The notes under the pieces are model-generated. The model searched no databases. It was not told where the DNA came from and was given only the letters and a program-made list of their open reading frames with translations. The translations under genes were made by a program, and so were the position numbers. 64,000 nucleotides of DNA from Podarcis erhardii (taxonomy: Eukaryota), in NCBI GenBank assembly GCA_964252035.1, contig OZ176202.1; one strand, given 5' to 3'. Numbering within the stretch: position 1 is the first letter of the stretch; each line of letters begins with the position of its first letter. Positions 1 to 14,500 of this stretch are shown in pieces.

Positions 1-433
1 CCAAATTTAGCTTTGCTTTGAAATTCAACAGTGCACTGCTGTTGAGATGCGTTATTGGGGAGGGTGATCCAAAAATGATCAGCAAAGCAGCTGATTTAAA
101 ATTAAGTGTGTTCATGACTCCAAGAGAACGTCCAGATGATAAATTGCTGGGATCAGAGAGTCCCTTGTGTGACCATACTAGATGAGCTTCTGCTGATTTT
201 TTTCACACACACATGCACGGACACACGCACACGCACTGCAGCTCTCACCCCCAATATCTCCATTCCAGCTCTCAAGGGTGACTTGTGAGGAACACAAGCA
301 GCTGCAGGATGGAAGGGAAGATAGTTGTCAGGATTTAGCCCTATGTGCTCTGTATAGATAGACTGATCTCTGCTAGTGCAAGCTTCTTTTAACCCTAAGT
401 CTATTACATGTCATCCTTTCCAACACAGTCTGA

Positions 434-2383
<1,950 letters not shown>

Positions 2384-2587
2384 CCTTAAGGACCAGCGGA
2401 AACTCACTGCCATAATGTTTAAAGCACTGGATTAGATTTAGAGCAAAACAAAATTTGCTCTTGGCTGAGGAGTGAAAGCTGTTCGTTGCTGCCTTTGCGG
2501 TAGAGTCTTCAGGCAGTCAATTCTCTGCAGCTGTGATATTGGTGCTCCACTCTAACATTGTGCAATGTGTACATACATTTTTAATTT

Positions 2588-2593
2588 AATAAA
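2588..2593 (+). terminator. Candidate DCBLD1 poly(A) signal AATAAA
   Basis: AATAAA about 205 nt after the stop, TGTA upstream (~2568) and a GU/U-rich tract downstream (tctgttttgtcctgtgtggg). Confidence 0.5.
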
Positions 2594-3984
2594 AATAACT
2601 TAAACTTTAATCTGTTTTGTCCTGTGTGGGTTGGGGGCTGTCAGTGAGAAGAACTGGTCACTGCACTGATTTCTAGACAAGGTAGGACAGTGTCCTAACA
2701 AAACAAAGCACGGCGTCTGGGGTTGTTTTCCTGTTGGTAGTTGTGCTAACTAGTTCTGACATGTTACACAGAAGTGGGAGCTAATTAAATTTAAAAGCTA
2801 ATTTCCTCGGGTCATATCCTATGCTGCAGAACCCCCTGCTTTGAACAGTTTTAACTGTGTGGATAAATCTGTACTTGTTCTGGGTAAAATAAGTTTTGAA
2901 AAAATGAGGGATGGTGCATGGTATTGTGATGAGAAGTGATGCTAGTCAATTGCCACTGAGAAATAGCGGGCTCTTCTGTTTCATGGATTTAACTGCGCCT
3001 GTAAATGGTCCATTCTTTAGCCCCAGATTAGGACAAGGGAAAATACCAAGACTAGAACACAGAGCTGAGTCTCTGCCATGGCCCTAAATATGCACCTCTT
3101 CTCCACCATAAATTGCTAATACAAAAACAGCGTAGTTGAGATCAGGCAGCCAGTAGGTTTCTAGAAGTAATTTTTCAAACTCACCTCTAGTTTCATAATA
3201 GCATCTTCTGAAGAATCAGTACATATACTGCCCACTCTGCAGTAAGCCCCACCAAATATTGTGGATATTATAGTAGCACAACCTAAGCCTAGCAGTAGTA
3301 GTTTGCTTCGGGTCTGCCATCTCATTAAAAATGGGCTCTGCAAGTTGCATATGGAAATATTTTTTGCTAGTTTACTCGCAGATGCTTAGATATTTCGAAT
3401 GCATTGTTCACAGGCTCCTTGTGGCAGCTTTGTGTTAAAAAATGTTTTTTGTGACTTTGTCTCAAGGGTTTCTTTAAAAAAAGGGGGGGCAGGAAAGATG
3501 AACTGGAATAGCTGTAAGGATCTCTGCTTGTTATACTGACTTCCCCATCTGATTCTCACGACTTTCCCCAGGCCACCACCTACTCCCCAAGCCACCTACC
3601 TTTCTCTCTGTCCTTTTCCTGTGCTTTCGCCTGGCTGGAATGAGTCCTTCAGCTCTGATGATGTTTCATTCTTACTTAGATGGGGGATGGAGAGATGTGT
3701 GTAGCCAACGGGCAAAATTAAGAGTTCCATCTGCTGCCTCGCCCCCTTTTTCCTCTGGCTCTGCCCACTACTGGTATGCGACCCATGGGAGGTTGCTTAG
3801 GACAGCAGGTAGCCCTCAGGTACCCCCACCCCTGACCTGACCCCTTCCTGTCTTTCCTAGCTCTGTTGTTCAAGATTCTCTAGGGACCAGTTCATGCGTA
3901 TATTTCCTACAAAGATGCACCCTGCCAAGTGTACAGCTGATGAAACAGACACTTGCATAATCTTCACACATTGTGGTATTCCTA

Positions 3985-4197
3985 ACAAAAAAAAATCCTT
4001 CCAGTGGCACCTTAGAGACCAACTAAGTTTGTTATTTGTATGAGCTTTCGTGTGCATGCACACTTGCACACAAAAGCTCATACCAAGAACTAACTTAGTT
4101 GGTCTTTAAGGTGCTCCTGGAAGGATTTTTTTTTTATTTTTTATTTTTTTTTTACTATGGCAGACCAACACGGCTACCTACCTGTAACTAGAACTAA
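3985..4197. mobile_element. Penelope-like retroelement end fragment, fold-back with deleted tip
   Basis: Inverted arms of ccttccagt(g/a)gcacctta...gagctttcgtgtgcatgcacac; 10-bp direct repeat GGTATTCCTA at 3975-3984 and 4198-4207; same family as 7810 and 36463. Family name from recalled reptile PLE termini. Confidence 0.7.
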
Positions 4198-7100
4198 GGT
4201 ATTCCTATCCCTCTTGCATATTTTTCTTCCCCTACAGCAGTACACTTCTCAGCTAAGAGAAATACTCTGCTAGGGTGAAGCAGCCCCCTAACTGGATAGG
4301 TCAAGGATTGAATCTAGAACCTTGTACATGGAAAGCATTTGCTTTTTCATATACATTGTGGCCCCTGCCTTCCCTCCTGTGCAGTCTAGGAACCGTGTTT
4401 TCTGGGAGCCAGGCTTTCAAATAAAATGTAATGCCAAAGCTTTCAGCTCTCTTGATAAGACGACTCCTTCTACTGAGTGCAAATCCTGGTATTGCAATAG
4501 CAGGGTGTCTGGTACAGCTGGCCTTGGCAGTGTCCTTGTCAAAGCAAAGCCAGGGAGGAAGATAAGAGAAGACTGCAGCCAAAATGCCTTGGCTGAGAGC
4601 AGGCATTAGAGGTTGTGGTGAGATTCCTAACCATGTGTGGAGTTATTCGTATTAGTATCCGTATATATTTATTTATCCATCCCCTGCGTTCTTCCCTGAC
4701 AGAGACTCGGGAATGTTATCATTATCAAAACCCAGGAGTTTGTAAAAAGCTTCGATTTTAAACACCACCACCAAATGCTTCTAAATATTTCTAAATCTTC
4801 ACTCCTTTAAAGGATTGCTCCATTGTTTTGCAAATAGGGAACGATAGCAGTTTGCTTTCCTCTTAAATGAATTAGGTATGTCTCTGGTTTCCACCAGAAG
4901 GCTCAGGCCACACAAAAGTTATTTGAAGGACATCTAGAAGATTGGACTACACCTCACAAATACATAACAATTATTATTTAGATTCATCCAGATTTGCTCA
5001 TCCTTGTTTTTGATTTTTAATTAATCTACCACTATGTCTGTAAAGTGTTTAAGAGGAGCTTACAATATTATCTGGTCTTAAAGTGTGTTGGTGTTTGACT
5101 CACACTTGAGAGTTCATGTAGCAATGAGGCATTTGTGAGTATAATAGCACACATAGCTTTCCCCTCAGTCTTGGGGTGGAATCCGATCCAGGGCAGTAAT
5201 GACCAAACATAATTAGCTGCAGAGAGTTTGTTTATTGATCTAAATGTAACGACCTGGTGTTCACATTCCAGTTTTTATGGACAGGTCTTGGCAAAATGCA
5301 GCTGTACTCTGAAAAGGAACCTATAAAGGGCAGTGCTACACTTTACCATAGCTTCCACCCTCCTCCCTGCTGAGAGCAACAAGGGTAACTGGTTGCAAGT
5401 ATGAAGGCAGGCGAGGCTGGTGGCGCAGTGCCCATTCGCCCAAATGGACTTGCCGCTGCCACCAAACAGGCCTCTCAGTTGAAAACCAATGATAGCTAGC
5501 CACAGCTCCTGAAGGCTCTACAAGACCAAGTCATGCACATTTGCTTGCAAGCTCTACAAGGACAAGAAAAGAAATCATAAGTTTATGAGTTGTGTTGGGG
5601 TGGGGTGGAAATGCCAAAGTTCTGGATGCAGCCATGTCATCTACTGTTTTATAGTTTAGAATAATTTAGACACCACTCATGTTCTTATCCTGCTAAAGCC
5701 TGTGTTTTCTAATTTGAAACAAGATCTGCAGGACACCATCACATACAGAAGCTGCAGTGTATCTCATGCCTGCTGGCTCTCATATCTCTCAACTGCTCAC
5801 TAACTGCAGAATGCACTGCATCTTTATAAAAGCATTTGCTCTCTAGCACCTTATCTGTGCTCACAAGCAACGTAGGAGGCAACAGGATCATATCAGGGGT
5901 CTGGCTGACTAGTGTGTGCTCTCTTTGCCAACAGTTTCCCAGATTGGTTTCCTCTGAGTTTGGGAACTGTCTTCCCAAGAGCCAAGATTCATAAGCCTGC
6001 AGCAGCTTTCAAAAGTGACAACCCTTTGTCTTCAGAGAAATGGTGTGTGCTTGAAAGACATGCAATATTCAAGCTCCCTGGTTGCTGTTGTTTTTATATA
6101 AAAATGGGAAATAAGGTATTGTGTGGGTGGGCAGCAACATCACACCACATCTGACAAACTTTCAGATGAACTGTCCTAGAACTGTAAAACTCCATGCAAA
6201 ACCTTACAGTGACAAAACTACCTCCACCCTAAACCCTATCAACCCACAAACAGGACTGCACCAAAGACCAGCTAGTGGAGATACTAGTGCAGTCCAGGAA
6301 CATTTCAAAAAACTCAGAAATGATTTCTGAATTATGATTCTTTAGACAGTGAGAGTCTCATTTTTCAGATGCCACAATAAGTGATAGCTGTGTAGAATCA
6401 GGCAACATATTAGAGAGATTGTGTATATCTCCTTGTTTTAGATTGCTGTTGGTTTTATTGGTCTTTTTTGATAAATATTGTGCACCTTTTTATGTAAACC
6501 AATTAGGGATTTGTCATTTTCTATTAAGTGGTCTATACATTTTGTTAGATGAAATCAATCGATATTTTGCCCACACAATTACTATGAGATGCGTGAAGGT
6601 TACGAACAAATGTTTGTGCTCTCCATTCCTGCTGATAGCAGAAATGTAAGAAAGAAGACACCAGCAAATATCATAAGCAGATCTTCTTTAAGACAGCTTT
6701 TCTCATTTATGGCTAAGCTGTTTATCCTTAAGTGACACCATCTGTTCTCATTGTCAGTTTTGTGAAGTGTGAATTGGCCAACAAGAAGAAATACTGTAAA
6801 CTAAGTGTAGTGCACATGTAAACGCCATACTGAGCTGAGAAGTACAGAAATGAAAACTTGATAATTTTCATTTTATTGTAGACAATTATTCAGCTTAATA
6901 CTCAGGTCTCCTATCTGGCCATTCAGAAAGATATGGAGATTTATGCACAGTAGTGCTAAATCCATCACATATCGCAAAGAACATTGAAAGTTTTATAAAT
7001 CTGTCACTATTACATTCATTGTAGTATGGAAAGAATAGTAAATAACTATTTCAACCTAAAGTTACAACCTAGTTAGACTGAATAATTTTGATTTATGGCA

Positions 7101-7809
7101 GCGCAGCTCTTACTTCAGTGGGACAAACAGTCAGTCACGAAGCTGTGGTATTTATTGTATTCAAAACCCTTCCTCCACACCAAAGCCCAGCAAGCAACAA
7201 CAAAAACTCTTTTCAATCAGCATTAAAGTGGTTATTGAACCACTTGCCTTCCATAGCTTATTTTGGAGCCCAAATGAGGTCACAGGAAAGCAGATAGGAT
7301 TGTCTCACGCCTGTTTTGATATATCCCAGAACCAGACACAGCTACGTATGCTTCCAAAGCAATCTCTAGCCTCGGATAACAAAGGAAGCAGATGCAGCAG
7401 CCAATGTTTTTACTATATACCCCACTTCCACAGACAATACAGCAGGATGCTACTGTAATCACTTAAAGGTATAAGAACATAACAAGAAAAACTTGTTGGC
7501 AGCAAAATGCACCTTTCAGTGACCTGTCTGACCAGTAAGGTTTTTAAGAGGTCTGAAAGAATTCTAGGAGCTGTGTTCCCTCCTCAAAGAACTACTGTTT
7601 CCAGCACCCAGAACAAACTACAGCTCCCAGGGATGTGTCTGTGGGGAACCATATGTTCCAAATGTATGGTACATACGCAGCCAGAGTCGTGTGTGTGTGC
7701 CTCAAGTACTTCCAACGGCAAATGGAGATTTCTCCTAATGCTCACCTCTGGTTTTTGGACCCTCATGTTGCATCAGTTATGAATGACATCATAACCAATT
7801 ATATATGCA

Positions 7810-8018
7810 GTTACAGATAGGTAGCCGTGTTGGTCTGCCATGGTCAAAACAAAATAAAAAAATTCTTTCCAGTAGCACCTTAAAGACCAACTGAGTTAGT
7901 TCTAGGTATGAGCTTTCATGTGCATGCACACTTCTTCAGATATCTGAAGAAGTGTGCATGCACACGAAAGCTCATACCTAGAACTAACTCAGTTGGTCTT
8001 TAAGGTGCTACTGGAAAG
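7810..8018. mobile_element. Penelope-like retroelement end fragment forming a 162-bp palindrome (7861..8022)
   Basis: 81-bp arms, no loop, one mismatch (7918/7965); 13-bp TSD AATTATATATGCA at 7797-7809 and 8019-8031. Confidence 0.75.
7940..7977 (+). ncRNA. Minimal type-I hammerhead ribozyme motif in the PLE end (mirror copy on the - strand)
   Basis: ATAT-CTGAAGA-A-GTGTGCATGCACAC-GAAA-GCTC-ATAC: core CUGANGA...GAAA...UH with stem II and a tiny AGCT helix III. Activity untested. Confidence 0.6.
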
Positions 8019-8089
8019 AATTATATATGCATTTGCATTTTTGTAGATTGTTACATTTTGCAACACAGGGGTTTGTGTTTGTTCGTATG

Positions 8090-9345
8090 TTAAAATCTGG
8101 CTGGGAGGCCCTGCTTGGCAACCTGCTGCCAAGTGATATCTATTCTGCGGTGACTTCAGAGACGGTCTTCTCTTTTTTATATATATATATAAATATTTAT
8201 TAAAAAAAATTTGGATACAAATGCACAAATAATAAACAACCTTACTTATATCATAACGTGGTTTCATCACTTCTTTGGACTCCCTCACGTCTCCCGCTCC
8301 CATTTACATCGTTAAAAGGTTTTTCCAAGCAAATTATCAACTTGTTTACGATCTTATATCCACTCATTTAAATATAATCTAGCAATTCTCCAAAAGGTTT
8401 ATGTTTTCTTTAATCTCACTTATCATCAAATTCAAATCTAGTTTAGTGGTGGCCAATTTTTTATAATCTAGCATCCTTCTTAACATTCAACCAAATTACA
8501 ATGTTTTTGTAAATACGTCTTAATTTTCTTCCAGTCTTCCTCAATCCTTTCTTCTCCCAGGTCTCGGATTCTGCCAGTCATCTCGGCCAGTTGCATATAG
8601 TCCATCAGCTGCATCTGCCACTCTTCCAGTGTGGGTAGATCTTGAGTTTTCCAGTTCTTAGCGATGAGTATCCTTGCTGCCGTTGTTGCATACATAAAAA
8701 ATGTTCGGTCCTTCTTTAGCACCTTCTGGCCGACAATACCCAGAAGGAAGGCCTCTGGTTTCTTAGTGAAGGTATACTTAAATACCTTTTTCAACTCATT
8801 ATATATCATTTCCCAGAAGGCCTTCACTTTAGGGCATGTCCACCAGAGGTGAAAGAATGTTCCTTCATTTTCTTTACATTTCCAACATTTATTATCAGAC
8901 GAATGGTATATTTTGGCAAGTTTAACTGGGGTCATGTACCATCTATATATCATTTTCATTACATTTTCCTTCAGAGCATTACATGCGGTGAAGTTCAGCC
9001 CAGTGGTCCACAACCTTTCCCAGTCCTCAAACATAATGTTATGCCCAATGTCCTGTGCCCACTGTATCATAGCCGATTTAACCATTTCGTCTTGTGTATT
9101 CCATTTTAACAGCAAGTTATACATTCTAGATAGTACCTTAGTCTTTGGTTCTAACAATTCTGTTTCCAACTTCGATTTCTCCACCTGGAACCCTAACTTT
9201 TTGTCATTTTTAAAGACTTCTTTAATCAGAGATGGTCTTCTCGGGACTGGCCCCCTCCTTATGGAATGCTCTCCCCTCTGAGCTCTGACTGGCACCTTCT
9301 CTTTTTGTCTTTCAGGGCCAGCTGAAAACATGGTGCTTCCCCCCA
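8090..9345 (+). mobile_element. Old L2 3'-region fragment split by the L1 insertion (pieces ~8090-8172 and ~9226-9345)
   Basis: Rejoined flanks read ...ggtcttctcgggactggccccctccttatggaatgctctcccc..., resembling the L2 3' region seen intact at 21.9-22.0 kb. Boundaries approximate. Confidence 0.5.
8173..9225 (-). mobile_element. 5'-truncated L1 LINE (ORF2 C-terminus, 3'UTR and A/TA tail)
   Basis: An open frame of about 248 aa (9226->8480) includes the L1 zinc-knuckle region CWKC...GTFFHLWWTC. AATAAA on the - strand at 8196-8201, then a (TA)n/A6 tail. 17-bp TSD tcagaga(c/t)ggtcttctc at 8156-8172 and 9226-9242. Confidence 0.9.
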
Positions 9346-9556
9346 CACCCACTCAGGCTTTTGTAGGATGCTAGCTGTCGTTACCAGGTAATTTTAACGG
9401 GTTGCTGTAGTTATGTGCCTTATCTGCTCTTGTTTTATATTAAGATGGATGTTCTATTCAAATTGCATTAGCGTACCATGCCCTGGATCACTTGTGATGA
9501 AAGGCAGGTTGAAAATATTTTACATAAGCACTGTGAGAAGCTAAGACTGAGAAGTA

Positions 9557-9815
9557 CCGTATTTTTCGCTCTATAAGATGCACCAGACCACAAGACGCAC
9601 CTAGTTTTTGGAGGAGGAAAACAAGAAAAAAAATATTCTGAATCTCAGAAGACAGAACAGCAAGAGGGATCACTGCACAGTGAAAGCAGCAATCCCTCTT
9701 GCTGTTCTGGCTTCTGTGATAGCTGCGCAGTCTGCATTCACTCCATAAGACGCACACACATTTCCCCTTACTTTTTAGGAGGGAAAAAGTGAGTCTTATA
9801 GAGCAGAAAATACAG
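9557..9815. mobile_element. Tc1/mariner-pogo-type MITE (CCGTATTTT TIR)
   Basis: TIRs CCGTATTTTTCGCTCTATAAGA / TCTTATAGAGCAGAAAATACAG with TA on both sides (9555-56, 9816-17); related copy at 54763. Confidence 0.8.
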
Positions 9816-10372
9816 TACTTTGGATCCCACTCAAGGACTTAACACACTTTGTCATAGCGTTTTCCGAGAAGGAAATCTGAAGCGTTTGCTGCCACCTTCT
9901 GACATTTTTAAAATATAGACACAGGCTTTAAATTGCCTGGAGTTCAAAGCTACATGAGAAATGGGAAAAGGTTAAAAACCAAAACCAGCATGCTAGATAT
10001 ATTTTGCTCTTCCTTCAAACAAGTTTTGTTTGCTGCTTAATGTCTGTTGCTTAATTAGACCTGTTACTTTAAGGAGATTCAGGGCCTCATGAGGCTGAAG
10101 ATCTGCTCTGTTAAATCACCCCTTTTAGTACAAGCAGCTCAAGGCTCTTCATTTCCCCGGGTTATCCTCGCAACCATGTTGTGAGGTACGCAAATCTAAG
10201 CAACAATGATTGGCTCCAGGTCTCACCACAAGTTTTATGGCAAATTTAATCCTGGGGTAGGAGTCACCTCCCCACCCTTGTCAGCAAAGCCCAAGGATTT
10301 CCATTTGCATAAGGCTTCCCCACCCTCCCCCAAATTTGGCACTGGGGGGTCTAGCAACCCCCCAGGACAGTA

Positions 10373-10614
10373 CAGTGGTACTTCTAGTTAAGAACTTAAT
10401 TCGTTCTGGAGGTCCGTTCTTAACCTGAAACTGTTCTTAACCTGAAGCACCACTTTAGCTAATGGGGCCTCCTGTTTCCACTGCGCCACTGCTTCGCGAT
10501 TTCTGTTCTCATCCTGAAGCAAAGTTCTTAACCCGAGGTACTATTTCTGGGTTAGCGGAGTCTGTAACCTGAAGCGTCTGTAACCTGAAGCGTCTGTAAC
10601 CCGAGGTACCACTG
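10373..10614. mobile_element. Tc1/mariner-pogo-type MITE, family A copy 1
   Basis: TIR CAGTGGTAC.../...GTACCACTG with TA TSD; internal taacctgaa repeats; near-identical to 32094 and 52441. Confidence 0.88.
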
Positions 10615-11394
10615 TACATGGGGAATGTCTTTCTCTCTGGAAAACTGGAATATTTGCACAGATGAATGAATGGAAGTGTGTTGCACTGAATCCCATTGTT
10701 GGTCTCCCATGCCTTAGGGCACTTAATACCCCTCCACCTAATTCCACATTCGGGGGGGGGGGGCGGAGAGAAATGTAGAAGTCGTGGAACGGGAATTATT
10801 ATTTCCCATGGGGCTGCAAATGTATGGGGGTCCCTTGTTAGCACCTTTAAAACGAACCAACTTAGGCTTCAGTCTACTTACCAGAGAGCAATTCCCACGG
10901 AAAAATCAGCGCGGCCTGTTGTAGTCCCCGGCTTGCCATTGTCCACTTTCTCTCAACTAGAGGCAGACAGCCTGTTCCATAGATTTGGTGCTGAACAGGA
11001 TTTTGTAAAACAATTCTTTTGCAGCTCTGGACATTTGTAAAAATTTAAAAGCCAAGTTTCTTTAAATTGCAATAGTTTACTATTAAAGCACATGTTTCAC
11101 CGCATTTGTTTAAATAAATGTTTACTTGTTGAAAATGAAGATTAAAAATGCTCCTTCACAGGATTTTAAAAGTGCCTTTTGGAGTTCATTTTCCCCAGTT
11201 AAAATTCATTTTAAAAAGGAATTCACCCCAAAGGACAAAGTTCTTTTTCCTCAAGACTATATGGCCCAGGAAAATAAGAGGCCCAGAGCTCAGACAATTA
11301 TTAAGGGAAAGGGGGGGGGGAGGAATTCCAGAGTTGTCCAGCAGTCACACAGAATGTATTCTAATATGCCTTTATCACACAGATGCATTGCATA

Positions 11395-11525
11395 GACAAG
11401 AGGAGAGTGCTCTTGTGCTCATGTTCTGCTCACTGGCTTCCCATACACTTTTGGTTGGCCACTGTAAGAACGGGATGCTGGACTGGATAGAACATTGGCC
11501 TGCAGGCTCTTCATATGTTCTTTAT
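11395..11525 (+). mobile_element. CR1-type 3' tail fragment
   Basis: ggccactgtaagaacgggatgctggactggat...atatgttcttt motif shared with the 23735, 39288 and 53900 copies. Boundaries approximate. Confidence 0.55.
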
Positions 11526-14500
11526 TAAAATTAGGTAAGGTCAATCAGGGTCAGTGCTCATTCTCAACACATCACTTTGGGCAATTAAGTTTTTAGTTGC
11601 AACTAACTACACTAATGTGCAACTTGCTCTTGAACTATCATTGAGCAAAAAGGAATTCTCAAATGTAAAATTAAGTGTTCCAACCACAATAATGCAAACA
11701 ACTTTATTTACAGGCTAATCAAATTAATCAAACTCGGCTTAAGTAAGTAGAATTAAGTTGCAAAGGTCTGCAGGACTGAGGTCAGCATAAAATGGAAGGG
11801 GAATTAGCAAGGCTATATAACCACAAAAATCTGGACATTGCATGTTGCCCAATAGTCTTACAAACTCTTACATGTGTGGTATGCTGGCTTAAGGGAAACC
11901 GAGGCACACTTCAGAAAACAGATTTCTGTTCAGCAAAATGCCAGCTCTGGGTTCAGTCTGACATTTCACCAAGATTCAGTTGTTGGTTTCAAACATTAGA
12001 AATCTAGTATTCCAGGGATTTTACTTCTCCTGTAGCTTCTGCCATCTTTAAAAACTGCAAGAAATAACAGTTTAGATGGCTAATGGAATACACATACAAT
12101 TAGAATGTAAAATACCGTACAAATTTTCTGACAAACTCTATCCAACTGAGCATAAGAATATTGACTTTCCCCAAAAGGCCTTCAAGCCTAATTCATCCAG
12201 CCCTTGGAAAACTAGCTATTGACAAAGCTGGGGGGAAACCATGTATTACGTACCACATCTGAAAATTCCAACATATTACAGTTGCCAGTGTGGCACTCTA
12301 CATGATTGGTCAAATAGCAGTGCAATCACAATAATTCACAATAGCATCAGAGCAAAATTTCAGAGGTCTGGGCTTTCCCAAAGTGTGCCTAGACAAAACA
12401 ATGGTGGGAAGTGTCTGAGGGAATTTCTGTGCAGTTATTTATCAGTGCCGTTTACAACCGTTCACTGACTTCTGTGCAGTGATACCGTCACAAGGAGAAC
12501 AAAGCAGTACCAGCAAACAGTGTTCAACAATAGCCTGATTTTAATAAGTAGCGAAGTTGTGCAAATGCAACAGAGAAAGGTCGTTTGCATTTTTGTCACT
12601 TCAGACAGAACAAAAGTATATCAAGCGGAGAACATGCTTCTTCGCTTGAGAGTGGAAAGTAACATTCTCTCATAGATAATCCCTGGATTACTGTTAACAA
12701 AGGATATAGGAAAGCTCTTTCGATAGACCAAGATTCAACATGCTCAGAAATAGTGCAAAATGGAGCAAACACTGAAGAGAGTTCATTCTAAAAAAGGGGG
12801 ATACCAGGTAATTTCTTTCGCACATGTCCTACTGACAAAAACAGGCTTGTGTAGGAACACTGTGCTCCTGTCAACTCTCCATTTTGCTCCCCTTTAGATT
12901 TCCTAATGAAAAGCAATACACAGGGAATGTTTTTGTAATATACACCAGAAAACATCATATGCTGCTTAACTGCCTCATATGGCAGGGCAAAGGCACATCC
13001 ATGAACAGCAGAAAATGCAGCCTTTCCAATTTCATGGCTTGCTTAAAATACTAGGCTTGCAATGGAGGCAGTATCATGGTTAAGATTACTTTAATATACA
13101 GTATTAAAGGAGCAGCTATAAAATTTTACTGCAAATCAAATACAGTTCCATGAGCAAAATGACACACAGAAATTATTTTATGAGCAACAGTTAAAGAATT
13201 TATAAATAGCAAAATCTTTGCATAAAGTATTTACATTTTAAAGATTTCTCTATAAACATATGTATATATATAGTGCACCTAGGAGAGACAAGTTTAACTG
13301 TGTTCTACAACACAATGGTTTTTTAACATTAAACATTAGCTTAACTGACATTACACTAAATGCCTTTCGCTCGCTCTCAATTTATGTACATTCTATAAAA
13401 ACACTTACAAAGCTGTCATTTTACATTATTTGCACTCTCAAAATACATCTTTACATGTTACATTTTAATGGCCCGCAAAACAATGAATGGAAAGCAGGCG
13501 TTTCATGCTTTATCCTATTATAATAAAAGCTATTACATGGTTTTTAACTGTTTGCATATGGAGAGTGTGCGCTCTAATAAGATATAGATACATACATACA
13601 TACATATATATAAACATACACACATACACATAACTGAACAGCAACCTAGCCAAGACAACCCCCAATGGATTCTAAAAATGCCTTTGGCATTCAGGTGTAA
13701 AACAATTTTGCACGTTTGGGGTTTAAAAAAATATACCGTAGTTCTGTAAAATACTAGGACTATTATACTGTAACAAATTTGGTACGTGATCCTGCACAGT
13801 CTTAAGTATCACCTGGCAAGATACAGGATGCACTCAATTCCCACTTGCTAAGGGCCAGTTGATCCAAACCTCTCAATGTAGCACAGCGTGGGTAACCAAT
13901 GACATGGCAAGCACTGCATTTATGGATGGAAACAATGATCGCTATGACACGATCATAACTGGAGAACACCTTCCACAAGGGATCTAATCACATGGAGTTC
14001 TGGTGGTCTACAGACTTTTAAACACACAACAGGCAACTGGGCAATCGCTTTCATGTTGCCTTACAACACTGCAATACATCTTAAAAAAACAGATGTAAAA
14101 ATGGTATGATGAAGCATTCTCTGGACACAGCCTGAAGCAATCTGATGACTATTTAGCCACAGATTAAATGGTTTATTATGTATCCAACACCATCCTCCCA
14201 TCTTAAGAGTGTCAAGTGAATCAGTTCCTATAGCAAAGGATTTAAATCAAAAATTTGAATCGCCCCTCTTAGCAACTCTCGTATAAAACCATGCCTACAG
14301 AGAATGTTTTGTAAACTTTTTGGACTGCATTAGAGGCACATTTTCATTCCAATGCACAGCAACCTTTACAATTATCCATGTGGACAGGATATATGTGGAA
14401 ATAGGTTGTTAAAGGATCTAAGGCATGATGTACTCCCATTCTGTGGATGAGCCACATTGTCAAAAGTGTAACAGTACTATTAGCCTGTAGGGCACAGAGC

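Noticed and set aside
8480-9352. 290-aa ORF as a host gene
   Set aside because: It is L1 ORF2. The first 42 codons are read-in from flanking L2 DNA beyond the TSD, and there is no promoter or splice evidence.
10373-10614. CRISPR-like or regularly spaced repeats (taacctgaa units)
   Set aside because: Eukaryotic context; the units are internal repeats of a TA-flanked MITE, without unique spacers or cas genes.
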